Assembly (NCBI GenBank): GCA_963774955.1
Contig: CAVZGV010000003.1
Location: 128,771-192,770 of the forward strand
Length of the DNA: 64,000 nt
Direction of reading: 5' to 3'
Origin: Candidatus Falkowbacteria bacterium
GTDB taxonomy: Bacteria > Patescibacteriota > Patescibacteriia > CAIXNZ01
Shown: piece after piece, positions 19,591 through 32,174 of the stretch
How positions within the stretch are numbered: position 1 is the stretch's first letter
Layout: each line of letters opens with the position of its first letter
The notes under the pieces: generated by a model
Database searches by the model: none
Told to the model about the DNA's origin: nothing
Seen by the model: only the letters and a program-made list of their open reading frames with translations
Program-made: the position numbers and the translations under genes

Positions 19591-19632
19591 TTAGCACTCG
19601 TACTTGACGACTGCTAACAGTTGCATTATACT
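19591..19632 (+). promoter_or_regulatory. CIRCE element (HrcA operator) overlapping a sigma70 promoter
   Basis: TTAGCACTC-N9-GACTGCTAA (19591-19617, one mismatch to consensus); TTGACG-17-TATACT; upstream of hrcA. Confidence 0.92.
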
Positions 19633-19676
19633 GTAAGTAAAGTTAGAATCAGGATTTAAGGGGAATAAATGCAGCT

Positions 19677-19808
19677 ATAATAACCAATAATCAAATTTCA
19701 AATATCAAATAAATATCAAATCCCAAATTACAAAATTTAAAATGTTTGTATATTGGTGCTTGTAATTTGTAATTTATTTGGAGCTTGTGATTTGGAACTT
19801 GTGATTTG
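19677..19808. repeat. AT-rich ~7-nt periodic imperfect inverted repeat in the hrcA leader
   Basis: (caaat..)n left arm and (..atttg)n right arm; strongly similar to 63156-63284. Confidence 0.7.
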
Positions 19809-19815
19809 AATAAAT

Positions 19816-20511
19816 ATGAATGATCGTCAAAAGAAGTTACTTAATTTAATAATAAATGAGCATATCCAGACTGCCGAACCCGTGGGCTCTGGTTTTTTGG
19901 TGGCCAAAGGCGGCATGGATGTGTCTTCGGCTACGATCAGGAATGAAATGGCGGATTTGGAAAAAGAAGGCTTTATTTATCAGCCTCATACTTCGGCCGG
20001 ACGGGTGCCGACTGAAAAAGGTTATCAGTTTTATGTAGATAATTTTGTAGAAAAGCGGGAAATAAAAGCCACCTGGCGCAAGTCATTTGAACTGGTCTTG
20101 AAGCAAAAAATCGATGATGATGAATTGCTGAAAAATCTGGCTAAGACTGCAGTGGAATTGGCTGACGCCACGGTCATAGTCGCTTTTGATAAGGAACATA
20201 TTTACTATACCGGTTTGTCAAATTTATTTAAAAAACCGGAATTTGCCGACCAGAATGTTATCTGCAATATTTCTGAAGTTATCGATCATCTCGATGATAA
20301 GATTAGCAAGATTTTTGATAAGGTTAACAAGGTTGAAGTTTTGATTGGTTCCAAAAATCCTTTCGGTGATGATTGCTCCTCGATTTTTGGCCGATATTTT
20401 TTAAAGGACAAGTCAGCCGGGTTATTCATTATTTTGGGTCCCAAGCGTATGGATTATAATAAAAATTTGGCCTTGGTGGAATTTATAAGTAAGTCTTTAA
20501 CTAAGGTATAG
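19816..20511 (+). CDS. hrcA: Heat-inducible transcription repressor HrcA (short form)
   Basis: EPVGS, SSATIRNEMADLE, QPHTSAGRVPTEKGY, LGPKRMDY. Confidence 0.95.
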   Translation: MNDRQKKLLNLIINEHIQTAEPVGSGFLVAKGGMDVSSATIRNEMADLEKEGFIYQPHTSAGRVPTEKGYQFYVDNFVEKREIKATWRKSFELVLKQKIDDDELLKNLAKTAVELADATVIVAFDKEHIYYTGLSNLFKKPEFADQNVICNISEVIDHLDDKISKIFDKVNKVEVLIGSKNPFGDDCSSIFGRYFLKDKSAGLFIILGPKRMDYNKNLALVEFISKSLTKV

Positions 20512-20610
20512 ATTCTACAGATTACAGATCTTTACAGATATACGAATCGGGATAAGTTCCTCTCGCAATCTGTATATCTGTACAAATCTGTAATCTGTAG
20601 TAACAAATTT

Positions 20611-21087
20611 ATGTCAGACGAACAAACACAACCAAATAATTCAGAAGAGATAGAAAAGCTCCAAACCCAATGTGAAGAGTATCTCAACGGTTGGAAACGG
20701 GCCACGGCTGATTACCAGAATTTAAAAAAGGAAACAGAAGAGAAACAGAAATCTTTTTTTAATATGGCTAATGCGGCTTTATTGACCCAGATCCTGCCGA
20801 TTTATGATAATCTGAAAAAAGCGCTGGCAACTTTGCCGACAGAAAATAATGACGCCTGGGCCGAGGGTATCAAGGCTATAAAAAATCAGTTTGAGAGTTT
20901 TCTGAAAGCTTACGAAATTGAAGAGATAAAAACAGTCGGCGAAAAGTTCAATCCGGAATTTCATGATGCTGTCAGTAAAGAAAAAAAAGAAGGTGTTGAG
21001 GCGGATATGATTATCAGCGAGGCCGGACCTGGTTATCTGATTAAAGGTAAGGTGCTAGTCCCGGCGAAAGTGGTAGTGAGTGAATAA
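20611..21087 (+). CDS. grpE: Nucleotide exchange factor GrpE
   Basis: RATADYQNLKK, GEKFNPEFHDAV, GYLIKGKVLVPAKVVV. Confidence 0.95.
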   Translation: MSDEQTQPNNSEEIEKLQTQCEEYLNGWKRATADYQNLKKETEEKQKSFFNMANAALLTQILPIYDNLKKALATLPTENNDAWAEGIKAIKNQFESFLKAYEIEEIKTVGEKFNPEFHDAVSKEKKEGVEADMIISEAGPGYLIKGKVLVPAKVVVSE

Positions 21088-21255
21088 GTAGAAGTTAGGA
21101 ATCCAATTGCTTCGAGTTACGATTACGTAATTGGGAACTTTCTCAAGGAAAGTGGAATCCGAGACTACGTGATTCCGCATTTGAGGTGCATAAGCCATAT
21201 TAATTTAAATAATTTGCCCGAACTCTTGCGAGCTCGGGCTTGGTGCAGAAACTTT

Positions 21256-21576
21256 TTAAGCTTCTTTGATTTTAGCAGTCGTATCCAGGAATAATTTAGG
21301 GCTTCCGGCTTCGGTCTCGATGACGATGGGAATGGTGACTCGCTTGTCACCAGGCAATGTGAACATTGCTTTGGTCGTGGCGCGTCGTCCATCTTTGATC
21401 AGTCCCAGTTCATAGAGAGGTACGCCGTTGACGATGATTTTGGCGATTTTTCTCTGGGTTTTTTTGTCCCAATGGTCCGGCGCTAACTGCCGGGTGGTTT
21501 CGATCAAATTGTCGTCCACGCCCCAAAGTTGTCCGCCAAGCCTACCGCCATTATTCCTTTTCACCATCTCGCACAT
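21256..21576 (-). CDS. Hypothetical protein (antisense cassette inside the heat-shock operon)
   Basis: AAGGAGGG SD, upstream TTGACA (tgtcaa at 21741), hairpin at ~21216-21240. Confidence 0.6.
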   Translation of the reverse strand: MCEMVKRNNGGRLGGQLWGVDDNLIETTRQLAPDHWDKKTQRKIAKIIVNGVPLYELGLIKDGRRATTKAMFTLPGDKRVTIPIVIETEAGSPKLFLDTTAKIKEA

Positions 21577-21917
21577 AAAGTACCCTCCTTCGCAACCGTG
21601 TTTTCTTGTCCCTGCCTAAAAAAGTTTTCCGCTTTAAAAAAGAACTTAGGTCATCTGCTTACCCCCTTCATTTGAAAATTATATTTGAATCATTGAAAAG
21701 CAAGCATTACTAATTTAATATAACTGAGAATGGTTGTTTTTGTCAAGGGGAACAGTGGAAAATTGGTTGAAAATGGCGAATAGCTAATTAGCTCAAGTAG
21801 ACACTTGTGGGTAAACCAAATAAGCCAATAATAGGCTATCTGACTACAAGCTTGGATTAGAAATTGAGATAAATTTATTTGCCATTTAGGCTTAAACTTG
21901 GATTTAATTATTATTAA

Positions 21918-23900
<1,983 letters not shown>

Positions 23901-23967
23901 GTGCTTGATATCCGTAGCTCGTAAGAGCGAAGGATAGGAGTTTGAGGAAGAGAAATAATTAGATTTT

Positions 23968-24567
23968 ATGCCTAATTTGGAACAACTTAGTTTGGGAACA
24001 ATTGAAGCTAAAAATGAGCAGAGAGCGAAAGAAATTTTAGCTGATTTAGATTTGAAAATAGAGGATTTGAAGGGTAGGAAGATTTTAGATATTGGTGCCG
24101 GCAATGCGGAAATTGCTAAGGTTTTAAATAATAAGGGGGCTAAAGTTTTTTCTTTGGAAATTAATTTGGAGTCTGTAAAAAAAGAATACCAGGATTTTTC
24201 AGCAGAAGGCGCTAATTATGTCCAGGCAAAGGCGGAAAAAACGCCGTTTAAGGACGAAGTATTTGACTTGCTAATTTCTCATGGTAGCCCTCCCATGACT
24301 AGCCCAACAAAAGAAGAAATAGCGGCTGTAATTAAAGAGGGATATAGAGTATTAAGTAAAAAAGGTGAATGGCGCATCGGCAAAGGTTATTTAAATGCTG
24401 CAGCTTTTACAGATTTGAATTTACCCGACAATTTACCTTTTAAGGAAAGAGTAAAAATAATTAAAGATAATTCTTTAAGTTACTTAAAAAGTATTTGGTC
24501 TGGCCAAGTTGAAGAAATTCAAAAAGGTGAAAATCTGGATGAAATATTTTATCGTTTAGTTAAATAG
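23968..24567 (+). CDS. Class I SAM-dependent methyltransferase
   Basis: ILDIGAGNA, PFKDEVFDL, EGYRVL motifs. Confidence 0.85.
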   Translation: MPNLEQLSLGTIEAKNEQRAKEILADLDLKIEDLKGRKILDIGAGNAEIAKVLNNKGAKVFSLEINLESVKKEYQDFSAEGANYVQAKAEKTPFKDEVFDLLISHGSPPMTSPTKEEIAAVIKEGYRVLSKKGEWRIGKGYLNAAAFTDLNLPDNLPFKERVKIIKDNSLSYLKSIWSGQVEEIQKGENLDEIFYRLVK

Positions 24568-24598
24568 AGACAAATATGAATTATTAATAAATTGTTTT

Positions 24599-24883
24599 AT
24601 GGAAAATCAACCAAACCAAATCAACATCAAAATCACCGACGAAGTTATGGAAGGACGATATGCCAATATGATGCGAGTGTCGCATACCAAGGAGGAGTTT
24701 ATTTTGGATTTTGCCAACATTGTGCCGCCGCAGGGGATAATGACGGCCAGGGTGATTACCAGCCCGGGGCATATGAAACGGATTATTAAGGCCTTGCAGG
24801 AGAATCTGGAGAGGTATGAAAAGTCGTTCGGAGCCATTGATGAAGCCGAAGCGCCGAAGGGGATTCCTTTTCCGAACGTTTAA
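24599..24883 (+). CDS. DUF3467-like protein
   Basis: GRYAN...HTKEEFILDF...ARVITSPGHMKR...YEKSFG. Confidence 0.8.
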   Translation: MENQPNQINIKITDEVMEGRYANMMRVSHTKEEFILDFANIVPPQGIMTARVITSPGHMKRIIKALQENLERYEKSFGAIDEAEAPKGIPFPNV

Positions 24884-24888
24884 AAAAA

Positions 24889-25360
24889 AGTTTGTCATAC
24901 CGACCGAAGTGGAGGTATCCCTTAGGTCATTGAGGGATTTCTCGGCTACGCTCGAAATGGGTAAATGGTACAAACTGGTTGGTGAAAAGAATCCACAGGG
25001 ATTATCTTGGTTAAGAATGCGTCTAAACGGAGCTACAATTACGCAAGAATTACTGGGTAACAATTAACAAATGGAACATAAATATTTCAGATTTTCATAA
25101 GTGGGAAGAAAATGGCGGTTTAAGCTCGACTGACATTAAATTACAAACTAAAAGAGTAATTTCTCCCGACATGATTTAGGAATATCGCCAAAAACGAATA
25201 AACTTGAAGGATATTTTTCCGTTTAAAAAGATTGTATCCACATTCAGGATTAAGCAAAGATAACAAAACAATTACATTAGCTGGTATATTCATTTCAAAA
25301 ATCATTAATTCACCAACCAGTTTGGACCCCTTATACCCGAAATGACAAAAACAAACTTTT
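24889..25360. repeat. TGTCAT...ATGACA palindromic repeat split by a 380-bp insertion
   Basis: gtttgtcataccgaccgaagtgga...gctacgctcgaaat [insert] gacaaaaacaaac. Confidence 0.7.
24959..25338. mobile_element. MITE-like or deleted IS element, 380 bp
   Basis: Imperfect ~28-30-bp terminal IRs (GGGTA...TACCC ends, perfect 16-bp core caaactggttggtgaa), flanked by GAAAT direct repeats. Confidence 0.75.
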
Positions 25361-25373
25361 TTAGGATAATTCT

Positions 25374-25682
25374 ATGCGTGAATACAATTTCTATGTTTAC
25401 ATCATGGCCAGTGATAGCGGAACATTGTATGTCGGCGTGACTAATAGCCTGGAACGGCGTGTCTGGGAACATAAAAACGGTATTCTGCCCGGCTTTACAA
25501 AGCGTTATTCCTGTCATAAACTGATTTATTTTGAACAATACGATTATATAGAAGATGCCATTGCCCGTGAAAAACAATTAAAACGATGGCGCCGGGAAAA
25601 GAAACAAAATTTAATCAAGACTTTGAATCCTTCATGGAAAGATTTAAGCGCAGATTGGTATAAACAAATTAATTTTAAATAA
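25374..25682 (+). CDS. Small GIY-YIG nuclease (UPF0213/YhbQ-like)
   Basis: YVYIMAS..GTLYVGVT..LERRVWEH, AIAREKQLKRWRR. Confidence 0.92.
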   Translation: MREYNFYVYIMASDSGTLYVGVTNSLERRVWEHKNGILPGFTKRYSCHKLIYFEQYDYIEDAIAREKQLKRWRREKKQNLIKTLNPSWKDLSADWYKQINFK

Positions 25683-25688
25683 TATATT

Positions 25689-26885
25689 ATGTCTTCATTT
25701 GAATCAAATGAACAACCTCAAAACGGCTTTGATTATGTCCTGGCCGCTGATTTGGTGCGGCAGAAAATTGAATTTGAAAACAGCACGGACAAGAAATTGA
25801 AATCACAGCTGAAAAATAAGATTAAGGAAAATTTCGGCAGTATTGATACGCTTAAGCCGGAGAAAACTACGCCGACCAGGAAAATTTTTGAATTGGAAGT
25901 GGAACGACAGCGCCTTTTAAGCGCCCAGACCAATGGCGAACAGCCAGAAATTATCAGCACCCGTGAGATTGATTATGATCCGGCCCAGCAGCTTTTTATT
26001 TTTGAAGCCAAAGGCGGTTATAAGGTCAAACGCACTGCCGGTGATCTGATCAGTGATATTAATTGGGGACTTTATTATAATGTTGATAAATTGAAGGCCC
26101 AGCCGGAAATGGCGGAATTCATTAAAATTTACAAAGCCAAGATTTTTGACGCCAAGCTGGATGAAATTGAGGAAGAACAGTTGTTAATTGAAAGATTGGA
26201 AATTGATAAGGTCGGGAATCATGATTCCAACGTCGGCAAGGCTTATCTTAAAGCCTATGAAGCCTTGAAGAAAAGACAAGCTAAAAGAACCAAAGGGGAA
26301 ACTGATACTGAACTGGCTTCGGGTTTTGCTTTTGAAAGAATGATCAATTGTTTGCTGACCAAAGTGGCTTATGATTTGGGGGTTAAATGGGATTTTGATG
26401 TCAGACAGGCGACGGCTGATGATGATATTATCAATAAAATCGATGTGATTCTGGAATTTGTCAATAAACGACGCGGTGTGGGCGTGGAAAAAGAGCCGAC
26501 TGCCGCTGATCTGAAAAAAGGTTATCAGGTTACGTTGATTACTTCCGGGACAACTGAATTCAAACATAAGCAGGACCAGGTCAGAAAACAACAGGCCAAT
26601 TTTCAGCAGGCCAAAGCGCGCGGAGAAAAACCGCCGGTGGACGATTTGATTCTGATTAATCCCGGTGAGGAATTTGAAGATGTGGCTTCAACCTTAAAAA
26701 TTTGGAATAAGCAGGGTATGGCGGCCGGCGGACCGGAAAACTTTTTATCGATTGAACGTACGGTGGAAAAGTATTTGCGGGATATTTTTAAAGGCACCAA
26801 GCTAGATTTTGATAAGAATCCAGAATTCTTAGATGAAATCAAACAGAGTTTTAAGGCTAAGGGGATGAAGGAATCGGATAAATAA
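25689..26885 (+). CDS. Hypothetical protein, possible PD-(D/E)xK-like C-terminal domain
   Basis: 398 aa; GFAFE...DDDIINKIDVILEF...GYQVT pattern. Confidence 0.7.
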   Translation: MSSFESNEQPQNGFDYVLAADLVRQKIEFENSTDKKLKSQLKNKIKENFGSIDTLKPEKTTPTRKIFELEVERQRLLSAQTNGEQPEIISTREIDYDPAQQLFIFEAKGGYKVKRTAGDLISDINWGLYYNVDKLKAQPEMAEFIKIYKAKIFDAKLDEIEEEQLLIERLEIDKVGNHDSNVGKAYLKAYEALKKRQAKRTKGETDTELASGFAFERMINCLLTKVAYDLGVKWDFDVRQATADDDIINKIDVILEFVNKRRGVGVEKEPTAADLKKGYQVTLITSGTTEFKHKQDQVRKQQANFQQAKARGEKPPVDDLILINPGEEFEDVASTLKIWNKQGMAAGGPENFLSIERTVEKYLRDIFKGTKLDFDKNPEFLDEIKQSFKAKGMKESDK

Positions 26886-27028
26886 GGAATCGGTTTAAAG
26901 TTTAATGGCTACGATGCTCGTATCGTTTAGAGGTTGTGTCTTTCGTCCTAAAAAATCACCTTACCGTTTGACGCCTAACCATCCGGGCTTCGTTACCCTA
27001 ACCGTTTAACGTTTTACTATTATCAATT

Positions 27029-28141
27029 ATGTCCAAAGACTACTACAATATACTCGGCGTGGGTAAAACCGCGTCCAAAGAAGAAATCAAAAAGGCCTTT
27101 CGGGAAAAGGCCCATCTTTATCATCCTGATAAACCGGGTGGTGACGAGAAAAAATTTAAGGAAATTAATGAAGCTTATCAGGTTCTGGGTAATGATGAAA
27201 AGCGCCAGCAGTATGACCAGTTTGGCTCTGATTTTGCTCAGCAGGGCGGTTTTGGCGGTGGTATGGGCTGGGAGGACTTTATGCGTCAGGCCAGACAGGG
27301 CGGAGGCTCTTACAGCAATGTTGATTTTGATATGGGTGACTTAGGCGATATCTTGGGTGAAATGTTCGGCGGTGGGTTCGGGTTTGGCGGCGGCGGCAGA
27401 CGTAAATCTACGACTCGAGGCCGTGATATTGAAATTGACCTGACCTTGGATTTTAAAGACGCAGTCTTTGGCTCAGATAAACAGTTGGAAATGAATAAAT
27501 TAGTTACCTGTGAACATTGTCACGGCAATGGTGCTGAACCAGGCACTAAGATAAATGCTTGTAAAATCTGCGACGGCCAGGGAGCAGTTCGTAAAATGCA
27601 GAGGACGATTTTAGGCAATATCCAGACCATGGCTGCTTGTTCTGAGTGCCACGGCGAAGGTAAAACAAATGAAAAAAATTGTATTCAATGCGACGGCCAG
27701 GGCCGTAAAAAAGAAAACGTTAAAATTGAGATTAAAGTTCCGGCCGGCATGAATAATGGTATGAGCCTGAAAATGACCGGACAGGGTGAGGCCGGTATTA
27801 AAGGCGGTAAGACAGGCGATTTGTACATACATATTCACGTGAAGCCTGATCCTGATTTTAGACGTGAAGGCGATGATATTTTAACTCAACTTGATATAAG
27901 CTTTTCCCAGGCGGCTTTGGGCGCCAAGGTTCCGGTCAAAACCATTGACGGTGATGTTGATCTGAAAATTCCGTCCGGGACCCAGTCGGGCAAAGTCTTT
28001 ATTTTAAAAGGCAGGGGCGTGACCCGTTTTCAGCATTATGGCCGCGGCGATCAATTAGTTGAGGTGATTGTCAAAACTCCTGATAAATTAAATAAAAGAC
28101 AAAAGGAACTCTTGGAAGAATTGGGAAAGGAGGGGATTTAA
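27029..28141 (+). CDS. dnaJ: Chaperone DnaJ
   Basis: J domain with HPD, G/F-rich region, four CxxCxGxG repeats. Confidence 0.97.
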   Translation: MSKDYYNILGVGKTASKEEIKKAFREKAHLYHPDKPGGDEKKFKEINEAYQVLGNDEKRQQYDQFGSDFAQQGGFGGGMGWEDFMRQARQGGGSYSNVDFDMGDLGDILGEMFGGGFGFGGGGRRKSTTRGRDIEIDLTLDFKDAVFGSDKQLEMNKLVTCEHCHGNGAEPGTKINACKICDGQGAVRKMQRTILGNIQTMAACSECHGEGKTNEKNCIQCDGQGRKKENVKIEIKVPAGMNNGMSLKMTGQGEAGIKGGKTGDLYIHIHVKPDPDFRREGDDILTQLDISFSQAALGAKVPVKTIDGDVDLKIPSGTQSGKVFILKGRGVTRFQHYGRGDQLVEVIVKTPDKLNKRQKELLEELGKEGI

Positions 28142-28229
28142 AGCGCTCGGGTTGTCAACATATATATTCTGTAGGGAACGGTTTCGACCGTTCCCTACAT
28201 GTTTTTAAACATGCCAACCCGAGCGCTTT
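28140..28229. repeat. GTAG REP-like palindrome (28170-28199) nested in a terminator-like hairpin
   Basis: Inner tgtagggaacggt-ttcg-accgttccctaca; outer aaagcgctcgggttg/caacccgagcgcttt. Confidence 0.85.
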
Positions 28230-28300
28230 TGTGTTTGGTAAAAATAGATATTTTATGCTAAAATAAGCACAGGCAGGGTAATCCTGTTAATTTTGTAATT

Positions 28301-29777
28301 ATGAGTCCAGAACCGCAAAGTATAGCCAAAAATACAACTTTTTTAACTGTAGCTTATATTTTTCAGAAAGTATTTGCTTTTGTTTATTTTACCCTGGTGG
28401 CCCGCTTTATCGGCGCTACTGATATCGGTGTCTATACTTTTGCCATATCTTTAACCACGATTTTTTCTGTGTTTATTGATTTTGGTCTGTCCAGTGTTTT
28501 GGTCCGTGAGGCTGCCAAGTTTAAAGACAAGGCCAACGAGTATCTTAATAATATTATCTCCGTTAAAATTATTCTGGCGGTTTTGTCGTATCTGGCTGTT
28601 GCCGCGGTAATTAATCTGTCAGGCAAGCCGGCAATCAGTCAGACTATGGTTTATTTGGCCGGGTTGGTCATGATTTTGGATTCTTTTACTTTGGCCTTTT
28701 TTGCGGTTTTCCGCGCTTACCAGAATTTGAAATATGAAGCCATTGGTATTGCCATTAATCAGATCGTAATTTTAGTCGTCGGCTTGGCCGGTATTTACCT
28801 GAAATTTCCTTTATATGTTCTGGTCTTGGCGCTTTTAGCCGGCAGTACCTTTAATTTTTTATATTCCTTAATTCTGCTCAAAGTAAAACTGAAGTTCAAT
28901 TTTAAATTGCTCTGGGATAAACCGATATTAAAGACTTTATTTAAAATTGCCTTACCTTTTGCTTTAGCCGGTATCTTCGTCCGTGTCTACAGTTATATTG
29001 ATCAGATTTTATTGTCGGTTTTAATCGGGGATCAGGCTTTGGGCTGGTATTCCGTGCCATATAAAATTACATACGCCTTTCAGTTTGTGCCCGCAGCTTT
29101 TGCAGCCGCGATTTACCCGGCCATGAGCGACTGTTTTGTCAGCAATAAGGAAAAACTGAAAATTATTTTTGATAAGTCCATGTATCTGCTGATTATTTTG
29201 TCAGTGCCGACCGCGGTCGGTATCGCCTGCCTGGCTGATAAAATAATCCTGTCTTTATATACTGCGGAATTCAGCCCGTCAATTTTAGCCCTGCAGATTT
29301 TTATCCTGGCGGTCATCCCGATATTTTTAAATTATCCGGTAGGTTCACTTTTAAACGCCTGCGACCGGCAGGCCAGAAATACTTTTAATATGGGGCTGAC
29401 TATGGTTCTGAATATTATTTTAAATCTGATTTTGATCCCTTATTATCAGCATGTGGGCGCGGCTCTGGCGGCGTTGACCAGCCTGACTGTTTTATTTATT
29501 TTAAACTTGGGTCAGGCGCCGAAGATTATAAGTTATGACGCCAGGTATTTGGCTATTAAGTCAGCCAAGTCGATTTTTGCTGCCTGCGGTTATGGCCGCT
29601 TTGATTTTATTTTTTAAAACGCAATTACATTTTATAATTTTAATAATAATGGGGGCAGCTGTTTATCTGGGCATTATGTATGTGATTAAAGGTTTTACCA
29701 AAGCAGACGTCTTATTTTTATGGCAGGCCATATTTAAAAAAGCTGTGCCGAGTGAGGAGGAGACTCTAAAAACATAG
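28301..29777 (+). CDS. Polysaccharide flippase (Wzx/MOP family; frameshift near 29590)
   Basis: IAKNT, DFGLSSVLVRE, IDQILLS, GWYSVPY, LNLILIP; many TMs; C-terminus in ORF 29535..29777. Confidence 0.88.
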
Positions 29778-29866
29778 GGCTCAAACGGCTGTTGTTTACG
29801 GACGGTAGAGACACGGTTAACCGTGTCTCTACATCGCGGGTTAATAAACGGCAGCCGTTTTCGCCC
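29778..29866. repeat. GTAG REP-like palindrome (29805-29832) nested in an outer hairpin
   Basis: Inner perfect gtagagacacggttaaccgtgtctctac; outer aaacggctgttgttta/taaacggcagccgttt. Confidence 0.85.
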
Positions 29867-29880
29867 GACAATTAAATTTT

Positions 29881-30997
29881 ATGAAAAAAACTTTACTTAT
29901 TACCATTGATTTTCCGCCGCAAAAGGGCGGGGTGGCCACATATTTAAGCAATTTGTGTCGTAATTTTGATTCCGGTAAAATTGTGGTTTTGGCCAATAAA
30001 CAGGAAGGGGCTGAACATTTTGATAATAAGCAGCGCTATAAAATAATCAGGGCTCGGCTATTTTGTAAATTTTTCTGGCCGGCGTGGTTACGAACTTTGC
30101 GTCAGGCTAAAAAAGTAATCCGTAAGGAAAAGATTGAACAAATTTTAATTTCACATGTTTTACCCATGGGCTATATTGCTTTACTATTAAAACTGCCCTT
30201 TGTTGTCAGTTTGCACGGTTATGATGTTTTGGCCGCGCAAAAAACCGACTGGAAAAAATATTGGCTGCTGAAAATTTTAACCAAAGCCAAGGCAATTATT
30301 GTTAACAGTAATTTTACTGAAAAAGGAAGTTTTAAAATTGGGTTTGTCTGAACAAAAAATTACTTTGGTTTATCCGTGTCCCAATATAAAGCCGGAAGAT
30401 TTGAATTCCCAGGAGCGTCAGACCTTAAAAACTGAATTGGAACTGCACGGCAAAAAAGTACTTTTATCAGTCGGCCGCTTAGTTCCACGCAAAGGATTTG
30501 ATAAGGTGATTGAGTCATTGTCCGAAGTTATTAAGAAAGTGCCGAATTTACAATATTTAATTGTTGGCAATGGACAATATAAAGATGACCTAGAAAAACT
30601 GGCTTTAAATTTAAAAGTTTTGGACCATTTGACTATTTGCGAAGATATTCCCGATACCAACTTGCCGTCCTATTATGATCTGGCAGATGTTTTTATCATG
30701 CCGGCACGGCAGATTGATGTTTGTGACGTGGAAGGCTTTGGCATTGTCTATCTGGAAGCCAATTCATTCGGCAAACCGGTCATTGCCGGTAAAAGCGGGG
30801 GAGCCAGCGAAGCGGTTATAGACGGCCAAACAGGACTTTTGGTTGATCCGGCCAATGTGAGTGATATTGCTAAGGCGATTACCCAGTTAATGACTAATCA
30901 GGAGTATGCCATGAAATTGGGTGAAAATGGCAAGGCTCGAGTTATGAATGAATTTCAGTGGCTTTTACAAGTTGAGAAATTAAAAAATATATTATGA
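29881..30997 (+). CDS. GT4-family glycosyltransferase (frameshift near 30320)
   Basis: DFPPQKGG, VGRLVPRKG, EGFGIVYLEA motifs in two frames. Confidence 0.9.
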
Positions 30998-32167
30998 ATG
31001 AAAAGCCTAAATTGAATATCATCATGTTTAACATGTCCCGTTACAGCGACTGGCAAAAGGGGATTGCCAACCGCAATTATCATGTTTTGCATAATTTGGT
31101 AAAAAATGATCAGGTCAATAAAATCATTGCCGTTGATTTTTTGCCGTTTAACTGGAAAATGGCGGTTAAAACATACATTAATGACCAGATATTTAATGAC
31201 GCGCGCGGTGAAATAATTTATGGCGACCTGACTTCTCGCTGTTGGCAGGTAAGCAGTAAAATCTTGGTTTATTCGACTATTGATTCTGTTTTAAAGCCTA
31301 AACGCATAATCAATGAACTGAAACGGATTGTAACGGAACAGGATATGGAGGAAAATTTACTGATCTGGAGCTATAATCCTATGTATACTGATTATTTTAA
31401 AAAATTTACGAACGCGCTTTATGTCTTTGATGCGGTTGATGACTGGCTCAGTCATTCCAGCTATAAAAAATATGAGAAAATTTTACGGGGCAATTATGAA
31501 ACCATTAAGGCCAAGTCTGATTTGATCTTTACGGTCTCTGAATATTTACGTGACAATTTATTTGATAAGCAAAACCATGTTCACTGGCTGCCTAATGCGG
31601 TTGATTTGGAGTTTTTTCAGAATGAAACTAAAGCTCATCCGCTGCTGGAAAAATTTCCGCATCCTGTGGTCGGGTTTTTGGGGATTTTGCAGGATAGGGT
31701 TGATACCAAAATTATTGAATATTTAGCGGCCAATAATCCAGAGATGTCGGTTGTTTTGGCCGGGCCTGTGTGGAAAAATTTTTCCACTAAAGAATTAAAT
31801 AAATACAGCAATATTCATTTCTTGGGGCCAATTAAACATTGGGAGATTCCCCAACTTTATAACGGTTTTGATGTCGGGATTATACCTTATAAAACCAATA
31901 AATTCGTAAAATCAACCGATCCCATGAAGTTTTATGAATATCTGGCAGCTAATTTGCCGGTTGTATCTACAGCTGTGCCCGGAGCTGACCGTTTTGGGGA
32001 AATGGTCCTGGTGGCTAATTCTCCGGAGCAGTTTAGTGACGCGGTTGAGCAGTCCTTATCGGGTGAACGTGATATTTTGAAAGGACGAAAGATATAAAAT
32101 GCTGGAGAAGAATACCTGGCAGGTAAGGGTGGGAGAAATGCTGGATTTGATTTGCGAAAAATTATAA
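30994..32167 (+). CDS. GT-B glycosyltransferase (TuaH-like; frameshift near the 3' end)
   Basis: FDAVDDW, LPNAVD, FDVGIIPY, DPMKFYEYLAANLPVVST. Confidence 0.85.
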
Positions 32168-32174
32168 ACTGCGT

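Noticed and set aside
23968-26885. Restriction-modification system (MTase + nucleases)
   Set aside because: The methyltransferase is a small-molecule class I type without DPPY/NPPY or PC motifs
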